NCBI GenBank assembly: GCA_963769885.1
Contig: CAVYNH010000003.1
Location: forward strand, 1 to 62,432
DNA: 62,432 bases
Reading direction: 5' to 3'
Source: Methanobacteriota archaeon
Lineage (GTDB): Archaea; Thermoplasmatota; E2; DHVEG-1
The number at the start of each line of letters is the position of its first letter. The first letter of the stretch is position 1. The position numbers and the translations under genes are program-made. Under the pieces are notes generated by a model, which saw nothing but the letters and a program-made list of their open reading frames with translations, did not search any database and was not told where the DNA came from. Below, piece by piece: positions 32,349 through 41,588 of this stretch.

Positions 32349-33269
32349 ATGGATTTGGGAACTGTAAAAGATATTTTGAAACTCAGCCGTGGGTTTGCCT
32401 ATGTCGCGATTGTGTGGTATCTAATCGGCGTCCTGTTTGCCATTCTCATCGGGGCATCGTTTGACGCCGGGAAATTTCTCCTGGGGTATTGTGTTGTGTT
32501 ACCTGGCGTGATCGTTGGAACATTGACGAACAGCTATTACGATGTCGCCATCGATAAGAACTCTACTGCGACGCCGATGTCAGGAGGCACCAAAATACTC
32601 AGTGACCGCCCGGAGCTGCTAAAAACGCTTCGTAAGCTCATCGTGTTTCTATTCAGCTTCTCCATTGCCCTTGGGTTTGTGTTCACAATCATGTTTTCGT
32701 ATCCCATGACGTTCTTTGCCTTTATCGTCATCGCAGATTTCTTCGCCTGGGCCTACACCGCACCCCCCATACGGCTTGTTTACCGCGGGTTCGGCGAGCT
32801 ATGGACGATGGTCATGGGCGGATTCATCATCGGCGGATTCGGATACTTAGTGACAACGGGAACAATCGACCTGCCATTCTTACTGTTCTCCATCCCTATC
32901 ATGCTGATGATGTTTGCGTTCGCCTTTTACGTCGAGATTCCCGATCGGGACGCGGATCTTCAAGGCCAGAAGAAAACCTTGGTGGTTCGTAGGAATGAGC
33001 GATTTGGGTTCATTGTTAGTTCTCTTGCGTTGGCGGGTGCAACGGTGTGTCTCCTCTTGTTTTATCTGCTGCATGTGTTTCCAGAATCCGAGGGTTTTTT
33101 GATCATCGGCCTGTATTCGATCATTCCTGTGGCGTTTGCGGTGCAGGGTCTTCGCAAGTATCGTGCTGACCCGACAACCATGGTTCCGTCCGTTTTCCGG
33201 TCATCTATCAGTATTCTCTCTGTCCTAATGTTCATCGATGCGTATTTTGTCTATGTGATTGTTACCTAG
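32349..33269 (+). CDS. UbiA-superfamily prenyltransferase (MenA-like)
   Basis: NSYYDVAID and EIPDRDADxxxxKKTL Asp-rich motifs; YTAPPIRLxYRGxGE; multiple TM helices. Confidence 0.85.
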   Translation: MDLGTVKDILKLSRGFAYVAIVWYLIGVLFAILIGASFDAGKFLLGYCVVLPGVIVGTLTNSYYDVAIDKNSTATPMSGGTKILSDRPELLKTLRKLIVFLFSFSIALGFVFTIMFSYPMTFFAFIVIADFFAWAYTAPPIRLVYRGFGELWTMVMGGFIIGGFGYLVTTGTIDLPFLLFSIPIMLMMFAFAFYVEIPDRDADLQGQKKTLVVRRNERFGFIVSSLALAGATVCLLLFYLLHVFPESEGFLIIGLYSIIPVAFAVQGLRKYRADPTTMVPSVFRSSISILSVLMFIDAYFVYVIVT

Positions 33270-33302
33270 AAAAACCCCTCGTTGGAGAAGCTTGGTTGAA
33301 CT

Positions 33303-34534
33303 ATGGACTTTGATGTTGTCGTCGTCGGCGCAGGTCCTGCGGGTGCAACTGCAGCAAAGTACCTTGCTGAAAAAGAAGTGAAGGTTCTTCTTCTCGATAA
33401 AAGCACTTTTCCGCGAGATAAACCATGTGGCGGGGTGATCTCGGTCAGGACGCTCAAACGATTTCCGTACATATCAGCGGATTTGATTGCGTCGTATTCC
33501 TATGGAGGTTGTATCTATTCGTCATCTCTGAGGCATCACATCCAAGTGCACAAGGATGAACCTATCGCTGCTTTTGTTGTGCGGAACCATTTCGACCACG
33601 GCCTCGTGAAACGTGCTGTGGAGAGTGGCGCCACTTTGATGGATGGCGTATCTGCGACCGATTTGGACATACGGAAGGACAAAGCAACGATTAGGTTCAG
33701 TAACGGAGCATCTGTGGAGTCCGAGCTTGTTATCGGTGCTGACGGCGTCTGGAGCATGGTTGCGAAAAAATCCGGGTTAGGTCAGCATTACCCACACATC
33801 GGCAGATGTCTCTTTCAAGAAATCCCTGTTGCAGGTGACGTTCTTGATGAATATTTCACAGAGAAAAGGAATTTTCAAATCTACGTGAAGTTCATGGGGG
33901 TCGACGGCTTCGGGTGGGTGGCCCCCAAGAAGGACTGTCTGAACATCGGCATCGGTGAGATACAACCTTCGGTGTCTCAACAACGAAAGAAACCTCATTT
34001 GAAGGAGGTGTATCAACAATTCATCTTTCTTCTCAAGGAGCGCAAGTCGATACCGCCGACCATCACACCTGGTTCGATTCAAGGGGTACTCTCCCTTTAC
34101 GACCGCTGGATAAAACCTTTGCTGATCGCGTCGTGCTTTGTGGTGATGCCGCTGGGCAGATGAACCCGCTGACCGGAGATGGCATCCATTATGCGATGTC
34201 CTCTGGAAGGTTCGCAGCTGAGGTGTGTGCTCTGGCATTGGAAGCAGGCGAAACCAAGGCGTCCTTTTTGTCGAAATATCAAAGGCTTTGGACCTATGAT
34301 TTCGGGGGAGAAATCAGACTCTTCGCACGTGTTCTGAAACTGTTGTTAAAAGAGAATCGTGATGAAAAATATATCAGACTTATCTCCAGAGATCCGTGGA
34401 TTATCGACGTACTTCTTACCATGGCGAATAACCAGGGGAGGATTCAGGATTATCAATGGAGGATAGCGCGACGTTTCGCCGCTCTGTATGTGAGAGATCT
34501 TCTTGGATTGCTGAAGGGTGATCAGAAATGTTAG
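33303..34534 (+). CDS. Geranylgeranyl-reductase-family FAD oxidoreductase (apparent -1 frameshift at ~34085)
   Basis: GAGPAG, PRDKPCGG, GADG, GDAAGQMNPLTGDGI; adding one G restores QGGTLPLR. Confidence 0.88.
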
Positions 34535-35544
34535 ACGATTCTATTGCTATTCGAAATGGGGAAGAAAAGGATATTGCTGCTTTTTTTGAATTATACTGGA
34601 TTTCTTCTGTTGAACATATGCAGTATAACAAGGAACTTGACGCTCTGAAATCTAAAGAACAATGTAAAAAATATATTATTGATCGTCAACGAAAATATCT
34701 GAATGATAAGAATCAAATTTTCTTAATTGCTCAAGATAAAAAGAAAATCATTGGTGCCGCTACGGGGCATATCGGGCTAAGGGATGAAGCAGCAGTGTAT
34801 AGAATAGAAGAGATGGGGTTTCTCGATGAGTTATGTGTACTTCCTGAATACCGGAAGAGTGGGGTCGGGAAGAGATTATTAGAAGAACTCTTAGAAGAGT
34901 TGGATCGAAGAGCGGTACAATTTGTAGGACTTGGTGTAGCGTACAAGAATCCTGCAATGCATCTGTATCATTCATATGGTTTTCATTTGGAGAGCGTCTG
35001 GATGGTGAGACGAGGGGATCAGCCATGGGGAGCGACAGAGAAAGAAGCGAAAAAAAGAGTGGAAGTCAAACGATACAATCCGTATGGCCGTGGGAAGGAG
35101 ACTCTGCCGTTCATCGTGAAGGTGAAGCCGCAATCAGTGATGGGCGACTATATCGCACTTCATGGACTGCTTCCGGAGAATGAATTGCCGGTTCGTTTCA
35201 GGCACAAAATCCCGGAAAACGAGATTTGGATACGAAAGAATGTGTACGATGACCCGAAACGGAGGGAACGGATTCTTCAGGGTCACGAGAAATTTGAGCT
35301 GGAGTTGATGGAGACGAAAGGGCTGACGTACAAGCAAGCCCATCAGCGAGCACAGTTTCATGAGAAGGTGTATAAGTTTGAGGACTGGCTGGGGCGATTG
35401 GAAAAGGAGCTGAACAGAGCACCGTATGAATCCGTACAAGTCATTGAGAAAACAACAGCACCTAAAAAGACGAAGCATAGAAAGAGAACCGGGTCTCAAG
35501 GGAACCGAACTAAGAACATCGCCGGGTACCAAGAAGGTATTTGA
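34528..35544 (+). CDS. GNAT acetyltransferase fused to an uncharacterised C-terminal HExxE...AH domain
   Basis: YRKSGVGKRLL, AMHLYHSYGF; then HEKFELELMETKGLTYKQAH. Confidence 0.75.
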   Translation: MLDDSIAIRNGEEKDIAAFFELYWISSVEHMQYNKELDALKSKEQCKKYIIDRQRKYLNDKNQIFLIAQDKKKIIGAATGHIGLRDEAAVYRIEEMGFLDELCVLPEYRKSGVGKRLLEELLEELDRRAVQFVGLGVAYKNPAMHLYHSYGFHLESVWMVRRGDQPWGATEKEAKKRVEVKRYNPYGRGKETLPFIVKVKPQSVMGDYIALHGLLPENELPVRFRHKIPENEIWIRKNVYDDPKRRERILQGHEKFELELMETKGLTYKQAHQRAQFHEKVYKFEDWLGRLEKELNRAPYESVQVIEKTTAPKKTKHRKRTGSQGNRTKNIAGYQEGI

Positions 35545-35628
35545 CCAAAACAATTAAAACCATCCTCCGAATTCACAGGATACTCCTAAGCACGGGTAAC
35601 CTACTTCGCGCCAGGTATCTGCCAAAAT

Positions 35629-35699
35629 GGGCGGGTAACAAAGCGGCTATGTGGCGGACTGCAGATCCGCATACCTGGGTTCAAATCCCAGCCCGCCCT
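35629..35699 (+). tRNA. tRNA-Cys(GCA), intronless, CCA not encoded
   Basis: Acceptor stem GGGCGGG/CCCGCCC; anticodon arm GCGGA-CTGCAGA-TCCGC; T arm CTGGG-TTCAAAT-CCCAG; U discriminator. Confidence 0.95.
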
Positions 35700-35729
35700 C
35701 TCACCTAATAACATGGGAGGTAACCACAG

Positions 35730-38138
35730 ATGCAATCCACCACATCCTACCGAAGGCTAGCCGCCGCCATAATTATCCTAACAACCATATTAATATCAGC
35801 CTATCGACCTGCAAGCGCCGACACCGGCACCATCCTCATCAACGAAGTCATGGCCAGCCCTACCACCCCGGATAGCACCACCGAATGGATCGAACTCTAC
35901 AACCCCACAGACTCCTTCATCGATCTCACCGGCTGGACCATCACCGACTCCACCGAGACCGACACTATCACCGCAGACCCAGACCACGGACCAGGCACCC
36001 CCGTCATCCCACCCGACGGCTACGCCCTCCTCACCGACCACGGCACCACCATCGACCAAGTCCTCACCATCCCCCCAGACACCATCCGCCTCCTCGTCGA
36101 CGACAGCACCCTCGGCGGCTCCGGCCTCAACAACCAGCACGAACCCCTCACCCTCGCCGACCCTGACGGCACCCCCATCGACGCCATCGAATACGGCACC
36201 GACTACGACACCATCCCCGGCACCCCCGCACCCGCTGCCCCCAAAGGACACAGCCTCGCCCGCATCCCCACCCAAGACACCGACGACACCGCCGCCGACT
36301 TCACCGACTGCGACACCCCCACCCCCGGCGCCCCCAATACCCCGCCACCATCCACCCCACCAGTCTCTCACGACCACGCCCCCCTCCTCATTACCCAGCT
36401 GTACTACAACGCCCATCCCCGCATCAAAGATGAATATATCGCGATAACCAACCCCACCAACGCGACGGTCGACGTCACGGGATGGTACCTCACCGACCAG
36501 CCGGACCAGCCGTTCGAAGAGCAGGCGAAGATCCTCTTCCCGCCAGCCTCAGACTTGCCCGCGAACACCACCTGGTACCTCACCCAGAACAGCACCTGGT
36601 ACCAGTGGGAAATAGGCCAACTTCCCACCTTCGAGTACGCGGACGATGCGCGACCGGATGTCCCCCAGCTCATCACCCAGAAGACGCTCTCTTTGAGCAA
36701 TACGGGGGGCATCGTGGCCCTCTGCGACGCGTACGGAGCGTGCGTCGACGCCGTCTGCTATGGCAACTGCAGCCTAAACCTTGAACCCTGTTGGACCGAC
36801 GACCCTGTCCCGGGCGTCAGCCCTGGCGTCATCCTCAAACGAAACGAGGTCAACGGTTCTTTCCTGGATACCAATACCTCCCAGGACTGGCTCCATCCCC
36901 GAGTCTACCATATCGGACAATCCGATTTCCCCTCGACACCGATCTTGACTCAAGGACCCGTCGTCGCGTTCATCTCGCCCGACTGTAGTTTCTCCATCAT
37001 CACCGCGGAGCTTAGAAACGCGACCACTTCTCTACTTTTAAATGTCTATGAATTAGGTAGTGTAGCCTTAACGGAGGAATTGTGTGCCGCCCTGCACCGC
37101 AACGTCAGCCTCTCCCTGCTTCTTGATGGTTCACCTGTCGGCGGGGTCTCTTCAGAGGAGAAGGAGATCTGCTCCGTGCTCCGATCCGCGGGCGCCCAGG
37201 TCAGATTCCTTGAAGCGAACGCGAGCAGGGACGTCTATGCCCGGTACCGCTTCGACCACGCGAAGTACCTCATACTCGATAACCAGACCGTCATCCTGAC
37301 GAGCGGCAATTGGGCGACGACCGGTATCCCCCGTGACCCCACGTATGGGAACCGAGAATGGGGCGTTGTCATCAAGGATGCCGCAGTTGCCGCCTTTTTC
37401 GTTGGGGTTTTCTGGGATGATTTCAACCCCCTCCGTAGTGACAGCATCCCCCTAGAGGAGATGAACTTCTCTCTTACTCCGTCTCAGCTTCCCATTCAGA
37501 CTATTCCGAAAGGTTCGTATCAGCCGCGGTTCACGCCATTTGTATTCGATGGAGAGTGCCGTATCACCCCGCTCCTATCTCCAGAAACCAGTGAGGATGG
37601 GATCTGCCGGGCGTTAGAGAACGCGACCCAGTCCATCTATGCCCAGCAGCTTGAACTGTCCGTCTCCTGGGGGAGTCAAGAGAATCCTTTCCTGTCGCTA
37701 CTCCGGGAGAAAGCGGAGGAAGGCCTGGACGTCCGAGTCATCCTCAACGCGGACCCTTCGTTCGAATCCTCTGCCGTTGACGAGGTCCTGGCTGTCCTTG
37801 AAGGGTCGTCGGTCAAGGTCCTGGCCTCCCCGGTCTCTCCCTTCGCCACGATCCATAACAAGGGGATGGTGATTGACAACCACACGGTCTTGGTCTCAAG
37901 CGTGAACTGGGATGAGAATTCGGTGCGGCGGAACCGGGAGGCCGCGGTTCTTATTGAGAACGATGAGGTGGCGGGGTATTTCGCATCGGTTTTTCTCGCG
38001 GATTGGCACTGGCGGCCGTCGTCCGCGCCTCAGTCGGGGTCGCCATGGGGAGACTTTAAGAACCTCATCTTAATTGGGGTTGTCGTCACCGTCACCGCAG
38101 TGTTCATTGCGTACGATTGGAGACGCCGCCGATGGTAA
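35730..38138 (+). CDS. Phospholipase D-family protein with lamin-tail domains and C-terminal membrane anchor
   Basis: ILINEVM...EWIELYNP lamin-tail motif; two HKD motifs (HAKYLILD, HNKGMVID); TM helix plus RRRR tail. Confidence 0.9.
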   Translation: MQSTTSYRRLAAAIIILTTILISAYRPASADTGTILINEVMASPTTPDSTTEWIELYNPTDSFIDLTGWTITDSTETDTITADPDHGPGTPVIPPDGYALLTDHGTTIDQVLTIPPDTIRLLVDDSTLGGSGLNNQHEPLTLADPDGTPIDAIEYGTDYDTIPGTPAPAAPKGHSLARIPTQDTDDTAADFTDCDTPTPGAPNTPPPSTPPVSHDHAPLLITQLYYNAHPRIKDEYIAITNPTNATVDVTGWYLTDQPDQPFEEQAKILFPPASDLPANTTWYLTQNSTWYQWEIGQLPTFEYADDARPDVPQLITQKTLSLSNTGGIVALCDAYGACVDAVCYGNCSLNLEPCWTDDPVPGVSPGVILKRNEVNGSFLDTNTSQDWLHPRVYHIGQSDFPSTPILTQGPVVAFISPDCSFSIITAELRNATTSLLLNVYELGSVALTEELCAALHRNVSLSLLLDGSPVGGVSSEEKEICSVLRSAGAQVRFLEANASRDVYARYRFDHAKYLILDNQTVILTSGNWATTGIPRDPTYGNREWGVVIKDAAVAAFFVGVFWDDFNPLRSDSIPLEEMNFSLTPSQLPIQTIPKGSYQPRFTPFVFDGECRITPLLSPETSEDGICRALENATQSIYAQQLELSVSWGSQENPFLSLLREKAEEGLDVRVILNADPSFESSAVDEVLAVLEGSSVKVLASPVSPFATIHNKGMVIDNHTVLVSSVNWDENSVRRNREAAVLIENDEVAGYFASVFLADWHWRPSSAPQSGSPWGDFKNLILIGVVVTVTAVFIAYDWRRRRW

Positions 38139-39082
38139 TCTTCCCGCTCAGCCTCTTATCCTGGGTCGCTATTGCGATCATCATCGTTAGCCTGGCCGTC
38201 GCATGGGCACGCAAGATCCCCATTTCGTATGCGCTTATTGTCAGCAATTTCTTGGTCTTCGCCCTGTGGTTCTTCAACCCCGATGTGCAGATGTCGGAGT
38301 TGGGGTTCAGGCCGATTTATCTGCAGCCGGCGTATTGGCCGCAGGTGTACACCCTGTTGACCTCCATGTTCGTCCATGGCGGCATTCTGCATATCGTGGG
38401 GAACATGTTCGTGTTCTTCTTCATGGGGATCGCGTTTGAAGAGCGGATCGGTCGCGGTAAGTTCCTGCTCATCTATCTGGTCACCGGGGTCTGTGGCGCG
38501 TTGACGTATTCGGTGCTGCCGCTCGGCTCGGCGATCGACCCTGAAACGGTATTGATCGGGGCGTCGGGCGCGATCTTCGGGATTCTGGGCGGCTTCGCAT
38601 ATGCGTATCCGTGGGATGAGATCGTGATGCCGATTCCGGTCGGGATCATGATTGTGACGCGAATCAAGGTCTTGTATGCGGCGATCGTGTTCGCCTTGTT
38701 TGAGACTGCCATCGTCCTTATTGGGGCGGAGGATACGACTGCGCATGCGGCGCATTTCGGCGGCTTGATCAGCGGGATTGTCTTGGCTGCGGTGCTGGTT
38801 CATGGGAGTAAAGAGCATTTGAAGCAGCCGATGCAGCGGAATCCGTACGGGGAACGGGAGTCTCCTGGGTCGGTGAATCTCGGGGCGTTGAGGCCGTTGG
38901 CGACGACCCCGGAGTTGTCCTCGATGCTGGACCGGATCTCTCGGGAGGATGTGCCGCAGGTCAGGGACTTGTGGCTTGATCATTTTTTTGAGAAGGCGCG
39001 CTGCCCGGTCTGTGGCAAGCCGCTGCAGCATGAGGGGCGGCGGGTCTGGTGTTACGAGGGCCATTTCCAGGCTGAGGCCTAG
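38132..39082 (+). CDS. Rhomboid intramembrane serine protease with C-terminal zinc ribbon
   Basis: HxxxxHxxxN, GASGA, AHFGG; CPVC...CYEGH. Confidence 0.92.
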   Translation: MVIFPLSLLSWVAIAIIIVSLAVAWARKIPISYALIVSNFLVFALWFFNPDVQMSELGFRPIYLQPAYWPQVYTLLTSMFVHGGILHIVGNMFVFFFMGIAFEERIGRGKFLLIYLVTGVCGALTYSVLPLGSAIDPETVLIGASGAIFGILGGFAYAYPWDEIVMPIPVGIMIVTRIKVLYAAIVFALFETAIVLIGAEDTTAHAAHFGGLISGIVLAAVLVHGSKEHLKQPMQRNPYGERESPGSVNLGALRPLATTPELSSMLDRISREDVPQVRDLWLDHFFEKARCPVCGKPLQHEGRRVWCYEGHFQAEA

Positions 39083-39996
39083 AAGGAGAGACTTAGTCCG
39101 GCAAGGGTTCCGTACAGCAGGAGGCTGGAGATGACGTACCCTAGGATAGCACCGGTGTTGAGGAGGGGGAGTCCTGCCTGCGGTTTTCCTCGGATGACGA
39201 AGAGCATGAGGAAGCTGAAGCCGACGATGGTGCCGAGGATGACGCTGAACGCGACCGTCAAATTCAGGGTGACGTACGTGGCTGCGACGAGGATGCCGGG
39301 CATGACGACATCGCCGAGGCCCATGAAGAAAGCGTCGCGTCGTCCGCCTTCGGCGATTTGTTCTTTGAGGCGCCTGGTTTCTTTGATGAGGCTGTAGTTC
39401 GGGATCTTGGGGACGACGAGGAGGACGGGGAGTTTGAGGTCCATGACGGTGTCTGCCAGGTCGATCATGTGCTTGGTTTTATAGACGCTGATGGCGTCGT
39501 AGATGGCGAGGCCGATGAGGAGGATGATGACGAGGAAGATGGACAGGGAGATGCCGAAGATGGCGATGGCGCCGGCGCCGACGATGACGCCGGAGAGGTC
39601 GATGACGTACCATTCGGGGTAGCGCCAGAGGGCGAGGACGATGAGGACGGCGAGGATGATGCTGAGGAGGTAGACGGCGAGGAGCGGGAGGGGGAGGAGG
39701 GCGATGAGTGGAAGGACGACGTAGAAGGTGGTGTAGCCGACGGCGAAGAGGATGATGGCGTGGAGGATTTGTTTTTTCCAGTAGCGGGCGATGAGGAGGA
39801 TGACGAGGGTCATGCCAAGGATGATGGCGAAGATGATAACGAGGTTGAAGGGGTCGCTGGTATTGCTGAAGGCTTGGAGCCCGGCTTGGACGAAGAGGCT
39901 GGTGAGGAGGAGGGCGATGCCGGGGATGAGGAGGAAGAAGCCGGCCATGATGGTGATGGGGAGCAGCTCGTGGGCGTCGTCATGGGGTTCGGGCAT
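39079..39996 (-). CDS. Presenilin-family (PSH) intramembrane aspartyl protease
   Basis: YD, GLGD and PQAGLP motifs. Confidence 0.92.
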   Translation of the reverse strand: MPEPHDDAHELLPITIMAGFFLLIPGIALLLTSLFVQAGLQAFSNTSDPFNLVIIFAIILGMTLVILLIARYWKKQILHAIILFAVGYTTFYVVLPLIALLPLPLLAVYLLSIILAVLIVLALWRYPEWYVIDLSGVIVGAGAIAIFGISLSIFLVIILLIGLAIYDAISVYKTKHMIDLADTVMDLKLPVLLVVPKIPNYSLIKETRRLKEQIAEGGRRDAFFMGLGDVVMPGILVAATYVTLNLTVAFSVILGTIVGFSFLMLFVIRGKPQAGLPLLNTGAILGYVISSLLLYGTLAGLSLSF

Positions 39997-40176
39997 AGTT
40001 GGTGCAGTGTAACAGGCAGGGCTTTTTTAAGGGCTTGCGTGACAACTGCTTGGATGGAGTCTGTTTTAGGAGTGTTCTTTCTCCTGGAGAACAAGTGCAT
40101 TTGTGTGTCGTGGGGTCATGTGATGGTAGCAGGGGATCTTGGTCTGTCGGTCGGGCAAAAAAAGAGGGTGTTTGTG

Positions 40177-41457
40177 TTATTCTTCTCCGAGGTATTTGTT
40201 TGCCATTTCGATGGCGCAGAGGTTGCCGCACATGGAGCAGGTCTTGGTTTCTTCGAGGGGGAGGCGGCGGGCGCGGTAGTGTTTGGCTTTCTGAGGGTCG
40301 ATGCTGAGCTTGAACATGGTGTCCCAGTCGAGGCATTCGCGGGCTTTGCTGAAGTCCCGGTCGAGGTCGCGGTCGATGCCGCGTGCGAGGTCGGCGGCGT
40401 GGGCTGCGATGCGGGAGGCGATGACGCCGTCGCGGACGTCGTCGGCGTCGGGGAGAGCGAGGTGTTCGGCAGGGGTGACGTAGCAGAGAAAGTCGACGCC
40501 GTAGTAGCCGGCGAGGGCGCCGCCGATGCCGCCGACGATGTGGTCGTAGCCGGGGGCGATGTCGGTCACGAGGGGGCCGAGGACGAAGTAGGGGGCGTCC
40601 TTGGTGACGGTCTTCATGACTTGGACGTTGGCTTGGATGTCGCTGAGGGGCATGTGGCCGGGTCCTTCGACCATGGCTTGGACGCCGGCGGCTCGTGCGC
40701 GTTCCACGAGTTCGCCGATGATGAGGAGTTCTTGGAATTTGGCGCGGTCGTTGGAGTCTGCCAGGGCGCCGGAGCGCATGCCGTCGCCGAGGCTGAGGGT
40801 GACGTCGTATTTTTTTGCGAGTTCTAGGAGGTAGTCGAAGTTTTTGTAGAGGGGGTTTTCTTGCCTGTTGTGCAGGATCCATGCGAGGTGGAAGGCGCCG
40901 CCCCTGGAGACCATGGGGACGAGGCGGTGTTGGGCTTTGAGGCGTTGGACGCTTTCTTGGGTGATGCCGACGTGGACGACCATGAAGTCGACGCCTTGTT
41001 TGGCTTGGTGTTCGAAGGCGTTGAACATGTCGTCTTCGGTCATGTCGACGACGGCGCCGTGTGTTTGGATGGCTTGGATGCCGGCTTGGTAGATGGGGAC
41101 GGTGCCGAAGGGGATGGCGACTTCTTTGAGGAGTGCGGTGCGGATGGCGTCGAGGTCTCCGCCGGTGGAGAGGTCCATGAGGGCGTGCGTGCCGGCGGCG
41201 ACGGCGACGCGGGCTTTTTCGAGTTCTTCGGTGAGCTGGCAGTGTTCGCGTGAGGTGCCGATGTTGGCGTTGACTTTGACGCGCAGTCCCTTGCCGATGC
41301 CTAGGGCCTGTGGGTGGTGGATGGGGTTGTTGGGGATGACGATGTGGCCTGCGGCGACGCGCCTGGCTATGAGGGCGGGGTCGAGGTGTTCGGCGGTGGC
41401 GATTGCGGTGATTTGGTCCGTCTTTTTCCCCTGGCGGGCCTCGGTGACTTGGGTCAT
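40177..41457 (-). CDS. thiC: Phosphomethylpyrimidine synthase ThiC
   Basis: KVNANIGTS, MDLSTGG, SRGG, EGPGH, YVTPAEHL, CSMCGNLC. Confidence 0.93.
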   Translation of the reverse strand: MTQVTEARQGKKTDQITAIATAEHLDPALIARRVAAGHIVIPNNPIHHPQALGIGKGLRVKVNANIGTSREHCQLTEELEKARVAVAAGTHALMDLSTGGDLDAIRTALLKEVAIPFGTVPIYQAGIQAIQTHGAVVDMTEDDMFNAFEHQAKQGVDFMVVHVGITQESVQRLKAQHRLVPMVSRGGAFHLAWILHNRQENPLYKNFDYLLELAKKYDVTLSLGDGMRSGALADSNDRAKFQELLIIGELVERARAAGVQAMVEGPGHMPLSDIQANVQVMKTVTKDAPYFVLGPLVTDIAPGYDHIVGGIGGALAGYYGVDFLCYVTPAEHLALPDADDVRDGVIASRIAAHAADLARGIDRDLDRDFSKARECLDWDTMFKLSIDPQKAKHYRARRLPLEETKTCSMCGNLCAIEMANKYLGEE

Positions 41458-41588
41458 AACAGTCGACCCTAATGGACTCGTTCTATTTAGTTCTTTTAAT
41501 CGTTTGTTCGGGGTGAGGCAAAGTATGATGAACCTGGTGCGCGATTACCCTCTCGTACTAGCAAACGTGCAGTTAGGGTTGGGGACGA

